DNA from: Balanoglossus misakiensis
Taxonomy: Eukaryota; Animalia; Hemichordata
NCBI GenBank assembly: GCA_040954595.2
Contig: CM082584.2
Span: forward strand, 1,474,281-1,538,280
DNA: 64,000 bases
Reading direction: 5' to 3'
Shown: positions 1 through 14,500 of the stretch, in pieces
How positions within the stretch are numbered: position 1 is the first letter of the stretch
Layout of the letters: each line of letters opens with the position of its first letter
Notes under the pieces: generated by a model
Database searches by the model: none
What the model was told of the DNA's origin: nothing
Seen by the model: only the letters and a program-made list of their open reading frames with translations
Translations under genes and position numbers: made by a program

Positions 1-2246
1 TATAGTGATTTTTGCATATTTGTGTTTTTGCCACTTTTGAACAAATGTAGTTTTGTTTAACCCCCATCTTACCCTATCCATATTCAAATAAATATGAAAA
101 GAAATTTCTCACAGATATTATTTACTTTGATAATACTATCATTTGTGCAACAACTAATCAATCAAACAGTCAATAATCATAAATTGGGAGTTCAAAAATA
201 TCTATAAGGGAGATTTAAAACCCCGTTAGCAACAACTGTTTGCCATGTTTTCAGTATTAATGTTTTGTGTAGCTTCTGCAGTTTTTAGGTCCCATATGGT
301 ATGTACCATGGGCCTTATGGAATCAGTTGCGTCTGTATTTATGTATGGATGTACTGTATTTTCGCGAGTTAAATTTTTCGCGATATCGAGAGAGGCCACT
401 GTTTCGCGAGTATTAATTTTCACGTTCTCTTATTTCATTCACTGCATCGTTATCTTCAAAAACAATTTACGCGACTTTTTATTTTCACGTTATTTTGGCT
501 CTCGCGTATTTGGCGAAAATTAATTGCTCGCGAAAATAAAGTGTTTTACAGTATGTCTGTCTGTTTGTATGGATGTATGTCTGTATGTCCGTCCACATCT
601 AAAACTTGAAAACCGTTGTGCATATCACCTCGATATTTGGTGTGCAGATGCAGGCTGGGCTGTAGATTGGAGTTTGTTAACATGAAAATGTCATTACCAA
701 ATATATGCAAATTAGCTGGAAAATGTGAAATTGGTCAAAACTCGCAAAATTCAACAACTGCTGGTCAGATTGATTTGGAAATTGGTATGCAAGTACCTTA
801 TGCCTACCTCATACAGTCCTGTATGTTTTGAGCTAATTTTGATTTTCTATTTTTGATGCATTTGTTTGTATTTTTCAACATTATTGGTAAAAAATCTTCA
901 TATGAATCTAAAATTACCGTCGAATCATCCAGTGTGAGTTAGCACTGTAATTAGCAAAAGTTAAATCCACAGTTACCCAGCAAATTTGATATAATACTTC
1001 ACATAGGTATTGGTTTTGAACATCCTTCAGAAAGGGTATGAATATTTTAAAATTTTTACTGTTGCAACCCAGACTAGTTTATTTCTGAATAAACAGAGAA
1101 ATGACAACCGGATAGATTATTCTTCTGTACTAAAGACATATGCAGACACAAGAAATAGTCTGAACATTTTCAGTACATTACTAAAACAGTGTCGGTACAT
1201 TGTACTATAAACTGAGGAAGATTAGTGACTATTGTTTGCCAAAAATGGTCCCAAGTCATTTCTCAAGCATAGCAGAATAGTAGCTTTGAGTAGCAAAGTG
1301 TGATGATTTAAAATGTAAAAAGACAACACCAATCTCTAGCTCTGCTCTCAGCACTGCAAAAGTTATCTGACAGGTAGATAGATGTTCAGTCATCCTATGT
1401 CTGTCAACATTTTTCTTTTCTGAAATCACTGGCGCAAGTGCTTTTAAAATTGGTGTGCAGGTTTCTTGGGGTGGCGAAGTAATGTGTGTTCAAATTGTGT
1501 TGAATTCTGCATATTTGTAGTTTGGAACAAGTTTTTTGCTGTTTTTGGAAGAAAAAAGCTAAGCTCGTAGATTACTTTGACTATGCAGGTTTCTAGGTAT
1601 GACACAAGTTGTTTCTTCAAAATATGGTGAAATTTGCATATTTGGGGGGAAATTTTCTCTGAAATTTAGTATTGATCTCCCTGAGGTATGTGACATAATC
1701 TGTAATTTTGTATTTTGGAGACAGTTGCCTTTTTGTACAAACAAAAAATCTTGTCAGAATATGCATGTCTGATTGCCATGTCCACAGGGGTGATCTACTT
1801 TTATTTACATTATAACCGAATCAGTAAAGTTTTCATAATGATCTTTAAAATAGGTACGTCTAATTGTTTTGATCTTTGGTATGAATTGTCCCTTGGTGAT
1901 CTTAGTCAATGCTTTTGAAATTCCGCTGAATATTGCATTATTATTTTGTCTAAGTCTGAAGAGTAGTCATCATCTCTGAAACCCCTTGACCTAAGTCAGG
2001 TGTCAAATAGTACAATTTGCAGATTTGTTGCATTGGAGATATTGTTGCAGTTTTTGAAATTCAAGATGGCTGCCAATGTCTGTGTTAACTCTATGGAAAA
2101 ACATTTATGTAAATACTTTTCTGAAAACAAGGCGGTGAACATCACATTTTTGTTTACAAACAGTAATAGAAATAGCTATCATTGTTTCTGAAAATCCTAA
2201 CTTGTAGGATTCTTTTTCAATCTCTGGCATCAGCAGAGACAATTAA

Positions 2247-2979
2247 GGTGGCATTGCATGAAAAGTTGTGATTTTTGCCAAATTTTACTTTTTTACATAA
2301 ATCGGTAGGCCTAATACTCACCCACATCCTGACTAATACGTCTTGGCGGAAATGGTGCACAATCACCCCCAAATAGCACTTTTCTGAATGAGTTCACAGC
2401 TTAACAAATAGGTGTCAACAATGCAAATGGCCGTTTTTCTCGGTTTGCATTTTCGCTGCTTTTGACAACTTCGGACTAAAATAGCTTCGCCCTGCATTGG
2501 CCGAATTTGCTCAAATTTTGACAGGGAATTGTGTATGACCCATCCAACAAAACGCTAGTTTTGTATGTCGATAAAGTGTCCCTAGCGGGAATAAACTCTG
2601 ATTCAATACAACTCACCGTGAATTTGATCAAATTTTCAGAAAATCTAACTTTCAAACGCTGTTACTCCTCAATGGAAGCAGATAACGCAAAACAAAATTA
2701 GCGTTTTTTTGCACGTGTACTTTAGTTTCGAATGACATATTAAGATGCATGATGCATGGTCAACTTTTTTACCTATTTTAAATTTCATGACATAATATAA
2801 AAAAATGGTTTTTTTCGCCCAAAATCGCCACCATTTCCGGGGATCAATAATATTTGCAACTCAAACAAAAGTTCAAAATCTCAGCTTCCAGAATATATAT
2901 GGTTTATGGGGGTTTAAACGTTGTCTTTGATGAGAAATAGGCCTCTGAAAAAGTCTCGACGGTTTCATGCAGTGCCACC
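2247..2979. mobile_element. TTAA-flanked MITE (Kolobok-type)
   Basis: TIR GGTGGCA(T/C)TGCATGAAA; TTAA at 2243-2246 and 2980-2983. Confidence 0.88.
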
Positions 2980-3325
2980 TTAAACAACTCTATAAAAAGT
3001 CTTATTGCTTAGTACTGGCACGAGGTGGTAAAAAGATGTGCAGCTTTTGACTTATTACAGGCTTACACTTTGTTAGTAATATGAGTCCCTATTGGTATTG
3101 TGCTGGGTTTTTAGGAGCTTGGGCCCCATTCCCTGGATATTTTTTACACCTTGCTCTGAAAACCTGCCACACCTATGCTTCTTGAATTTGTCACAGTTGT
3201 CCTTGCCAATGAGTGTGCACCTTGAAATTCAAATCAGTCATTTGACCTGGCAGCCATATTCAGTTGAAATTGTTAAATAAATGCAAATTAGCTGGGAAAA
3301 TTTGAAATTGGTCAAAACCACTGGT

Positions 3326-4810
3326 CAGATTGATTTGACAATTGGTATGCAAGTACCTTATGTCAACCACATACAGTCCTGTATTTTGAATAGTTTGAAT
3401 GTTCTATTTTTATGCATTGTTTGCCTTTTTCCTCATTTTTGGTAAAACATCTACTTTTCTAAAATTGATGAGACGACTTCTTTGAAATTTAGTATGAAGC
3501 TTCATATAGGTGATATGAGTTAGCATACTTTTGTTAAAATGTTGCAAAATTTGCATATTCATAATTTTGGAGCAATTTCGGCCGTTTTTGATTTTTTTTT
3601 TTTAAACCGGTTGTTACATTGCTTTGAAATTTGTTAGTCATATTAGGGGTAGCCCAAGTAAGATTTGCATGTATGTTTTTCAAATCAACTTGATGAATTG
3701 AATAGTATATTTTTGGGATGATTTTTGCCATTTTCGGTCAAAACTTTTCTCAGAACCCCCCACAGTACGTGAAATATCCCATGAATCACTCTGGTTTGTA
3801 CAACCAGAGGTTACTCGGTCAAACCAGGCAAAGTTCACATGTGTAGAGAAAATTGTAGACCACTAATACAAATTTTGAGAGCATGCTTTAAAGGCGAATC
3901 TTATTGTCAATTACCATTTCAAATGATAAACAAAATCATGCATTATTGAAAGAGGAGATACAAATTTTATAAAATAAGCAATTGCATAGCCAGCCGATAC
4001 AAAAAAGTTTGAAGTAAAACAGGGACACTTGAAACACTTGTTTAATCAAACAAAACGATATTGATTTTTTTCTATAGACAGAACAATGGAAATTTACATG
4101 TTAACTTTCAACAGAGACTGGCCACCTCAGTTAGTCATTGCTTCTTTCCTCCTAAGTGTGACATTTGACGTACATGAATGAATACTTTGATTTCTATGGC
4201 TTTTAAATCTTGATTTTGAAATTTTCACTCTAATTCCTCAACATACTTTTTCTAGATAAATCTTAATACAGTTATATGTACTTCATATCATTGTTAGTAT
4301 CTAAAACAGAAAGTAATTAAATGGACAATCTCGATGATACAAATCATGGAGAGTTGTGGGTAAAATATCGTACTGTGCCCCCTTTACCCCCACTGCTTTG
4401 AAATTTGATTTGAAGGTTTCAGGGTTTGTTCTCATGATAATTTACAGATTGATTTGACAATTGGTATGCAAGTACCTTATGTCAACCACATACAATCCTG
4501 TATTTTTTTAACTAATAGTTTGAATGTTCTATTTTATGCATTTTTTGCCTTTTTCCTCATTTGTGGTAAAAAATTTAGTATGAAGCTTCATGTAGGTGAT
4601 ATGAGTTACAATACTTTTGTTGAAATGTTGCAAAATTTGCATATTGATAATTTTGGAGCAATTTCAGCCTTGTTTAATTAATTTTTTTTCTCTAAAACCG
4701 CTTGTTCCATTGCTTTAAAATTTGTTAGTCATGTTAGGGGTAGCTCAAGTAAGATTTGCATGTATGTTTTTCAAATCAACTTGATGAATTGAATAGTATA
4801 TTTTTGGGGG
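3326..4810. repeat. Direct duplication of a degenerate interspersed-repeat module (3326-3720 vs 4446-4810; related copy ~700-900)
   Basis: CAGATTGATTTGACAATTGGTATGCAAGTACCTTATGTCAACCACATACA...AAATCAACTTGATGAATTGAATAGTATATTTTTGGG occurs twice. Confidence 0.85.
3761..4377. mobile_element. CACAG...CTGTG non-autonomous element (EnSpm/CACTA-like termini)
   Basis: Ends CACAGTACG...CGTACTGTG with C-runs on both sides, compatible with a 2-3-bp TSD. One terminus is homologous to 29011-29085. Confidence 0.6.
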
Positions 4811-4811
4811 A

Positions 4812-5107
4812 TCAAATCAAATCAAATCAAAACAAACATTTATAAAGCGCCAGAATCAATAACAATGTTATTTCCAAAGGCGCTGAAAGTATAACATCAG
4901 TGTTCGTAGGCTTTGACAAATAGAAATGTCTTGAGTTTTTGTTTGAAAATGTTGAGACTAGAAGCCTGTTGAATGTCAGATGGCAGAGAATTCCAAAGTT
5001 GTGGCGCGACAAGGGAAAAGGCACATCCACCATATGTTTTGAGTCTGTACTTTGGTACACACAACTGGTTCCTTGAGCTGGAGCGCAGAGCCCGACTAGG
5101 CTTATAT
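4812..5107 (-). mobile_element. 3' end of an L2/CR1-group LINE
   Basis: YKPSRALRSS...LCVPK...YGGCAFSLVAPQLWNSLP...FKQKLKTFLF is a typical ORF2 C-terminus. It is followed by a short 3' UTR and an (ATTTG)n tail (plus-strand TCAAA repeats at 4812-4831). Confidence 0.85.
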
Positions 5108-5879
5108 GATTTTTGATTTGATTTGGTTTCAGGGTGATTTCTCATGATGATTTACAAAACCTATGACTGATTACTTTGAAATTTGAGTAGGAAGTTAATT
5201 GGATGTGTTTGTTTAGATAATGGAATCAAATAAAGTTATTCATTCTTCACCTTCATTCTTCACCTCATTTCATTTATTGGCTGGTTTGTCTATTGTATCA
5301 GGGAAGAGTACTTGCCATCCCACCCCACCGATGCAAACTTTGAGTGGCAAAAGTAAAATTTGTCATAACATTGAGTTAATTTGCTTTTGGGCTCACTAAA
5401 ATGCAACTTTGAGCTCTGTATTTGTACAAAATTTTCATTAATTGGCTGGTTTGTCCATTGTACCAGGCCAGCATACATAAGATCAAGATGTTTTCGGGGC
5501 TGGGGGGGGCATCATATTTTATTGCCTCTCTATGTGTGTGTCTGTCTGTCTGTACTCCTGTGTAGACTTTTTCTAGTGTAATCACTAAATGAGACCACAG
5601 TGTCCTTGACGCTATTTTTTGCGATTTTCAATGACCCTGGGGTAACCTTTGACCAGCTTTCATATATCTTGGTATTCACAGCAGAATACAGCCTTGGCAT
5701 ACCCTGGTAACCATGGGAACCGTTTGGGCCCAACCAATGGTGCTGGCAGCGTTAATTTTTAAATGATTTCTTCTTGTCGTTTTCTTTATCAATATGATGA
5801 CTTGACCTAATCAGATTATTAAAATAATTTTATTCTTTTTTTACATTAGGTTCTTTGGTAACACTGCTGCTGGAGGGAG

Positions 5880-6650
5880 TGTAATATTTGTAACGACGTC
5901 GCCACCTAATACTGTACTGGAGGTATGAACTTAAACTTGTAACGACGCCGCCACCTAATACTGTACTGGAGAGATGAAGTTAATACTTGTAACGACGCCG
6001 CCACCTAATACTGTACTGGAGAGATGAAGTTAATACTTGTAACGACGCCGCCACCTAATACTGTACTGGAGAGATGAAGTTAATACTTGTAACGACGCCG
6101 CCACCTAATACTGTACTGGAGAGATGAACTTAATACTTGTAACGACGCCGCCACCTAATACTGTACTGGAGAGATGAAGTTAATACTTGTAACGACGCCG
6201 CCACCTAATACTGTACTGGAGAGATGAAGTTAATACTTGTAACGACGCCGCCACCTAATACTGTACTGGAGAGATGAAGTTAATACTTGTAACGACGCCG
6301 CCACCTAATACTGTACTGGAGAGATGAAGTTAATACTTGTAACGACGCCGCCACCTAATACTGTACTGGAGAGATGAAGTTAATACTTGTAACGACGCCG
6401 CCACCTAATACTGTACTGGAGGGATGAACTTAAACTTGTAACGACGCCGCCACCTAATACTGTACTGGAGAGATGAAGTTAATACTTGTAACGACGCCGC
6501 CACCTAATACTGTACTGGAGAGATGAAGTTAATACTTGTAACGACGCCGCCACCTAATACTGTACTGGAGAGATGAACTTAATACTTGTAACGACGCCGC
6601 CACCTTATATTGTACTGGAGGGATGAACTTAAACCTGTAACGACGCCAGA
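5880..6650. repeat. 50-bp minisatellite, ~15 copies
   Basis: TAATACTTGTAACGACGCCGCCACCTAATACTGTACTGGAGAGATGAAGT repeated head to tail; edge copies are degenerate. Confidence 0.97.
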
Positions 6651-6829
6651 TGATGCTCCTGTGACCAGAGGGATGAACGACGCCATAATTTGTTGATCTG
6701 ATCTAATTAATAATATTCATTCTTTTTTTTCAATAGGTTCATTGGTATTATCATCGCCGGAGGGAGTCTAATCAATATCTACAACAACGCCGCACCAGAT
6801 AACAATATCAAAACCAGAGGGATGCTGTC

Positions 6830-7010
6830 AATAGGTTAGGCTAATAAAAATGGTTTAATCTGAGGGAATGGTAAAGGGTTGGTGTATGAATATGTTAGGG
6901 TAATAAAAAATGGTATAATCTAACGGAATGGTGAAGGGTTGGTGTATAAACAGGTTAGGCTAATAAAAATGGTATAATCTAATGAAATGGTGAAGGGTTG
7001 GTGTATGATG
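6830..7010. repeat. ~60-bp tandem repeat, 3 copies
   Basis: AGGTTAGGCTAATAAAAATGGTATAATCT...GAATGGTGAAGGGTTGGTGTAT x3. Confidence 0.85.
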
Positions 7011-7443
7011 ACTAATAAGACATTGTGCACAAGGGTACTATAATAAAACTGTCTGCAAGGGTATAATATTATGGTTTCAAGGGTATGATAAGTAATTAAA
7101 ATACTATAAAAACATGAGTAATGCCACGTGGTAAATAAAAACTGTACATGTACAGAGGGTAAATACCGGTATAATATATAAAGGTGTTAACATCAATGGT
7201 GTAATAATAAAAAAAATGGGTAACACATGGTTTTGGTGGTATAATAATAATAAAATGGTATTAACTTGATGGTATAAACATTATGGGATGTGTATAAACG
7301 GTGTTAATATTACAAAGGTATAATGATTAGTTGGGGTGTAATAATAAGAAATTTAAAATCATTGGGTAATTTATTAGTGTCAGGTTGGGTAAAATAATTG
7401 TTGCTATGCATTCGTGTAATAATTGTCTGCGGATTTTTTGCAG

Positions 7444-7627
7444 CGTTACCCGCGTTCGCGTTCTTCATTGCAGGTCGCTCGTCATGTAATGGAATTTCGC
7501 CGTGTGCCCGTTTGATTCGCCGATGGATTTTTTACAACGTTACCCGCGTTCGCGTTCTTCATCGCAGTTGGATCGTCGTGTAATGGAATTTCGCCGTGTG
7601 CCCGTTTGATTCGCCGATGGATTTTTT
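7444..7627. repeat. CpG-rich ~94-bp direct duplication
   Basis: CGTTACCCGCGTTCGCGTTCTTCAT...GTAATGGAATTTCGCCGTGTGCCCGTTTGATTCGCCGATGGATTTTT occurs twice in tandem. Confidence 0.9.
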
Positions 7628-8574
7628 GCTTTCGTCATCGTAATTCCCGCATCAACACGAATCCTCAATCTCGCGTAACAACAATACATCAAAATGTACA
7701 CAGAAAAATAGGAGTCGGCAAGACAATTCTGGTTAGTTTGAGCCCCAACCTTTTAAAATTCACAACGGGGGAGGGGGCAGTTTTTCCTCATTTTATATTT
7801 GGCTCGAGGTTTTTAACTGTCCCCAGGCGCGTAAAGTTAGTTAGTTTATCACACAGTATGTAATTATCTTGCTTGATTTAAAAAAACACTAAAATTGTAT
7901 GGGGGAGCTTCTTGCGATTTGCACTTAAGAAACTGATGGTTTGTACCCATAGATAATATTTAGTATTAAGCACATAATTGCCTGGAAATAAAAATTAACT
8001 CAAGGGTAGAATGCAACAGTTAATTTTGTGCAATATCAACAGGAGCTATTTTGGCACATTATTTCAGTTTGATAAACACTGTTTTTGCTCATTGTTTCAT
8101 TTCGACCACATTATTTCAGTTTGATAAACACTGTTTTTGCTTATTGTTTCATTTCAACCACTTTTGTCACCTTGTTTTAAATTGAATGCAAGCATTGTTT
8201 CTGTTTGACCACTACTTGGGGTAATTGTTCCAAATTGGTATGCAAGATATTTTACATCAGCAGTTAGCCATCTAGCCACACTTTAGCTGCACAGCATATG
8301 AAAAATAATGAAATTCATGCAAAAAGCAAAAAAGTATTATGGGTATAATGCCATTGCAGCATTGGCGGTTCGACTCCGTCGATACTTACTTTGAAGCATA
8401 AGTCTTCATTATTTTTCATATGTAATAAATAAAACTCTTCCAAATTCATATCTTTGTTTTAAGTTTGTGCTTTTGCTTCAGTTAGGGGGCCCACATTTAC
8501 CAAACCTGTCTTGCCATCTTTTCACATTTCTTCAAATATGCAGCGCCAGCGGTAGGCAGTATTTGATCAAATTG

Positions 8575-11500
8575 ACCCACAAATCACTCAAAATTAATAG
8601 GCAGGATACTGTCCACTCTGGCCTGGTTACTGTCTGGCCTGCTTAATGTTGACGCAAAGGTTGACCCCACCAAACACTCAAAATTAATAGGCAGCATACT
8701 GGCCACTCTGGCCTAGTTAATGTTGACGCAAAGGTTGACCCCCACCAAACACTCAAAATTAATGGGCACGATACTGGCCACTCTGGCCTAGTTAATGTTG
8801 ACGCAAAGGTTGACCCCACCAAACACTCAAAATCAATGGGCAGCATACTGTCCACTATGGCCTGGTTACTGTGTGCTCTGGTTAATGTTGACGCAAAGGT
8901 TGACCCCACCAAACACTCAAAATTAATGGGCAGCACACTGTCCACTACGGCCTGGTTACTGTGTGCTCTGGTTAATGTTGATGCAAAGGTTGACCCCACC
9001 AAACACTCAAAATTAATGGGCAGAACACTGTCCACTATGGCCTGGTTACTGTGTGCTCTGGTTAATGTTGATGCAAAGGTTGACCCCACCAAACACTCAA
9101 AATTAATGGGCAGGATACTGGCCACTCTGGCCTAGTTAATGTTGACGCAAAGGTTGACCCCCACCAAACACTCAAAATTAATGGGCACGATACTGGCCAC
9201 TCTGGCCTAGTTAATGTTGACGCAAAGGTTGACCCCACCAAACACTCAAAATTAATGGGCAGCACACTGTCCACTACGGCCTGGTTACTGTGTGCTCTGG
9301 TTAATGTTGATGCAAAGGTTGACCCCACCAAACACTCAAAATTAATGGGCAGAACACTGTCCACTATGGCCTGGTTACTGTGTGCTCTGGTTAATGTTGA
9401 TGCAAAGGTTGAACCCACCAAACACTCAAAATTAATGGGCAGGATACTGGCCACTCTGGCCTAGTTAATGTTGACGCAAAGGTTGACCCCCACCAAACAC
9501 TCAAAATTAATGGGCACGATACTGGCCACTCTGGCCTAGTTAATGTTGACGCAAAGGTTGACCCCCACGAAACACTCAAAATTAATGGGCACGATACTGG
9601 CCACTCTGGCCTAGTTAATGTTGACGCAAAGGTTGACCCCACCAAACACTCAAAATTAATGGGCAGCACACTGTCCACTACGGCCTGGTTACTGTGTGCT
9701 CTGGTTAATGTTGACGCAAAGGTTGACCCCACCAAACACTCAAAATTAATGGGCAGAACACTGTCCACTATGGCCTGGTTACTGTGTGCTCTGGTTAATG
9801 TTGACGCAAAGGTTGACCCCACCAAACACTCAAAATCAATGGGCAGCATACTGTCCACTATGGCCTGGTTACTGTGTGCTCTGGTTAATGTTGACGCAAA
9901 GGTTGACCCCACCAAACACTCAAAATTAATGGGCAGAACACTGTCCACTATGGCCTGGTTACTGTGTGCTCTGGTTAATGTTGACGCAAAGGTTGACCCC
10001 ACCAAACACTCAAAATTAATGGGCAGCACACTGTCCACTATGGCCTGGTTACTGTGTGCTCTGGTTAATGTTGACGCAAAGGTTGACCCCACCAAACACT
10101 CAAAATTAATGGGCAGAACACTGTCCACTACGGCCTGGTTACTGTGTGCTCTGGTTAATGTTGACGCAAAGGTTGACCCCACCAAACACTCAAAATTAAT
10201 GGGCAGAACACTGTCCACTACGGCCTGGTTACTGTGTGCTCTGGTTAATGTTGACGCAAAGGTTGACCCCACCAAACACTCAAAATTAATGGGCAGAACA
10301 CTGTCCACTACGGCCTGGTTACTGTGTGCTCTGGTTAATGTTGACGCAAAGGTTGACCCCACCAAACACTCAAAATTAATGGGCAGCACACTGTCCACTA
10401 TGGCCTGGTTACTGTGTGCTCTGGTTAATGTTGACGCAAAGGTTGACCCCACCAAACACTCAAAATTAATGGGCAGAACACTGTCCACTACGGCCTGGTT
10501 ACTGTGTGCTCTGGTTAATGTTGACGCAAAGGTTGACCCCCACCAAACACTCAAAATTAATGGGCACGATACTGGCCACTCTGGCCTAGTTAATGTTGAC
10601 GCAAAGGTTGACCCCACCAAACACTCAAAATTAATGGGCACGATACTGGCCACTCTGGCCTAGTTAATGTTGACGCAAAGGTTGACCCCACCAAACACTC
10701 AAAATTAATGGGCACGATACTGGCCACTCTGGCCTAGTTAATGTTGACGCAAAGGTTGACCCCACCAAACACTCAAAATTAATGGGCACGATACTGGCCA
10801 CTCTGGCCTAGTTAATGTTGACGCAAAGGTTGACCCCACCAAACACTCAAAATTAATGGGCAGAACACTGTCCACTATGGCCTGGTTACTCTGTGCTCTG
10901 GTTAATGTTGACGCAAAGGTTGACCCCACCAAACACTCAAAATTAATGGGCAGCACACTGTCCACTATGGCCTGGTTACTGTGTGCTCTGGTTAATGTTG
11001 ACGCAAAGGTTGACCCCACCAAACACTCAAAATTAATGGGCAGAACACTGTCCACTACGGCCTGGTTACTGTGTGCTCTGGTTAATGTTGACGCAAAGGT
11101 TGACCCCACCAAACACTCAAAATTAATGGGCAGAACACTGTCCACTACGGCCTGGTTACTGTGTGCTCTGGTTAATGTTGACGCAAAGGTTGACGCCACC
11201 AAACACTCAAAATTAATGGGCAGAACACTGTCCACTACGGCCTGGTTACTCTGTGCTCTGGTTAATGTTGACGCAAAGGTTGACCCCACCAAACACTCAA
11301 AATTAATGGGCAGCACACTGTCCACTATGGCCTGGTTACTCTGTGCTCTGGTTAATGTTGACGCAAAGGTTGACCCCACCAAACACTCAAAATTAATGGG
11401 CAGAACACTGTCCACTATGGCCTGGTTACTCTGTGCTCTGGTTAATGTTGACGCAAAAGTTGACCCCACCAAACACTCAAAATTAATGGGCAGCACACTG

Positions 11501-14500
11501 TCCACTATGGCCTGGTTACTGTGTGCTCTGGTTAATGTTGACGCAAAGGTTGACCCCACCAAACACTCAAAATTAATGGGCAGAACACTGTCCACTACGG
11601 CCTGGTTACTGTGTGCTCTGGTTAATGTTGACGCAAAGGTTGACCCCACCAAACACTCAAAATTAATGGGCAGAACACTGTCCACTACGGCCTGGTTACT
11701 GTGTGCTCTGGTTAATGTTGACGCAAAGGTTGACCCCACCAAACACTCAAAATTAATGGGCAGCACACTGTCCACTACGGCCTGGTTACTGTGTGCTCTG
11801 GTTAATGTTGACGCAAAGGTTGACCCCACCAAACACTCAAAATTAATGGGCAGAACACTGTCCACTACGGCCTGGTTACTGTGTGCTCTGGTTAATGTTG
11901 ACGCAAAGGTTGACCCCACCAAACACTCAAAATTAATGGGCAGAACACTGTCCACTACGGCCTGGTTACTGTGTGCTCTGGTTAATGTTGACGCAAAGGT
12001 TGACCCCACCAAACACTCAAAATTAATGGGCAGCACACTGTCCACTATGGCCTGGTTACTGTGTGCTCTGGTTAATGTTGACGCAAAGGTTGACCCCACC
12101 AAACACTCAAAATTAATGGGCAGAACACTGTCCACTATGGCCTGGTTACTGTGTGCTCCGGTTAATGTTGACGCAAAGGTTGACCCCACCAAACACTCAA
12201 AATTAATGGGCAGAACACTGTCCACTACGGCCTGGTTACTGTGTGCTCTGGTTAATGTTGACGCAAAGGTTGACCCCACCAAACACTCAAAATTAATGGG
12301 CAGAACACTGTCCACTACGGCCTGGTTACTGTGTGCTCTGGTTAATGTTGACGCAAAGGTTGACCCCACCAAACACTCAAAATTAATGGGCAGAACACTG
12401 TCCACTACGGCCTGGTTACTGTGTGCTCTGGTTAATGTTGACGCAAAGGTTGACCCCACCAAACACTCAAAATTAATGGGCAGAACACTGTCCACTACGG
12501 CCTGGTTACTGTGTGCTCTGGTTAATGTTGACGCAAAGGTTGACCCCACCAAACACTCAAAATTAATGGGCAGAACACTGTCCACTACGGCCTGGTTACT
12601 GTGTGCTCTGGTTAATGTTGACGCAAAGGTTGACCCCACCAAACACTCAAAATTAATGGGCAGAACACTGTCCACTACGGCCTGGTTACTGTGTGCTCTG
12701 GTTAATGTTGACGCAAAGGTTGACCCCACCAAACACTCAAAATTAATGGGCAGCACACTGTCCACTATGGCCTGGTTACTGTGTGCTCTGGTTAATGTTG
12801 ACGCAAAGGTTGACCCCACCAAACACTCAAAATTAATGGGCAGAACACTGTCCACTACGGCCTGGTTACTGTGTGCTCTGGTTAATGTTGACGCAAAGGT
12901 TGACCCCACCAAACACTCAAAATTAATGGGCAGAACACTGTCCACTACGGCCTGGTTACTGTGTGCTCTGGTTAATGTTGACGCAAAGGTTGACCCCACC
13001 AAACACTCAAAATTAATGGGCAGAACACTGTCCACTACGGCCTGGTTACTGTGTGCTCTGGTTAATGTTGACGCAAAGGTTGACCCCACCAAACACTCAA
13101 AATTAATGGGCAGAACACTGTCCACTATGGCCTGGTTACTGTGTGCTCTGGTTAATGTTGACGCAAAGGTTGACCCCACCAAACACTCAAAATTAATGGG
13201 CAGAACACTGTCCACTACGGCCTGGTTACTGTGTGCTCTGGTTAATGTTGACGCAAAGGTTGACCCCACCAAACACTCAAAATTAATGGGCAGCACACTG
13301 TCCACTACGGCCTGGTTACTGTGTGCTCTGGTTAATGTTGACGCAAAGGTTGACCCCACCAAACACTCAAAATTAATGGGCAGAACACTGTCCACTACGG
13401 CCTGGTTACTGTGTGCTCTGGTTAATGTTGACGCAAAGGTTGACCCCACCAAACACTCAAAATTAATGGGCAGAACACTGTCCACTACGGCCTGGTTACT
13501 GTGTGCTCTGGTTAATGTTGACGCAAAGGTTGACCCCACCAAACACTCAAAATTAATGGGCAGAACACTGTCCACTACGGCCTGGTTACTGTGTGCTCTG
13601 GTTAATGTTGACGCAAAGGTTGACCCCACCAAACACTCAAAATTAATGGGCAGAACACTGTCCACTACGGCCTGGTTACTGTGTGCTCTGGTTAATGTTG
13701 ACGCAAAGGTTGACCCCACCAAACACTCAAAATTAATGGGCAGAACACTGTCCACTACGGCCTGGTTACTGTGTGCTCTGGTTAATGTTGACGCAAAGGT
13801 TGACCCCACCAAACACTCAAAATTAATGGGCAGAACACTGTCCACTACGGCCTGGTTACTGTGTGCTCTGGTTAATGTTGACGCAAAGGTTGACCCCACC
13901 AAACACTCAAAATTAATGGGCAGAACACTGTCCACTACGGCCTGGTTACTGTGTGCTCTGGTTAATGTTGACGCAAAGGTTGACCCCACCAAACACTCAA
14001 AATTAATGGGCAGAACACTGTCCACTACGGCCTGGTTACTGTGTGCTCTGGTTAATGTTGACGCAAAGGTTGACCCCACCAAACACTCAAAATTAATGGG
14101 CAGAACACTGTCCACTACGGCCTGGTTACTGTGTGCTCTGGTTAATGTTGACGCAAAGGTTGACCCCACCAAACACTCAAAATTAATGGGCAGAACACTG
14201 TCCACTACGGCCTGGTTACTGTGTGCTCTGGTTAATGTTGACGCAAAGGTTGACCCCACCAAACACTCAAAATTAATGGGCAGAACACTGTCCACTACGG
14301 CCTGGTTACTGTGTGCTCTGGTTAATGTTGACGCAAAGGTTGACCCCACCAAACACTCAAAATTAATGGGCAGAACACTGTCCACTACGGCCTGGTTACT
14401 CTGTGCTCTGGTTAATGTTGACGCAAAGGTTGACCCCACCAAACACTCAAAATTAATGGGCAGAACACTGTCCACTACGGCCTGGTTACTCTGTGCTCTG

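Noticed and set aside
5880-6650. CRISPR-like array
   Set aside because: Units are identical head to tail with no unique spacers, the context is eukaryotic and no cas genes are present. The same applies to the 90-bp and 78-bp arrays.
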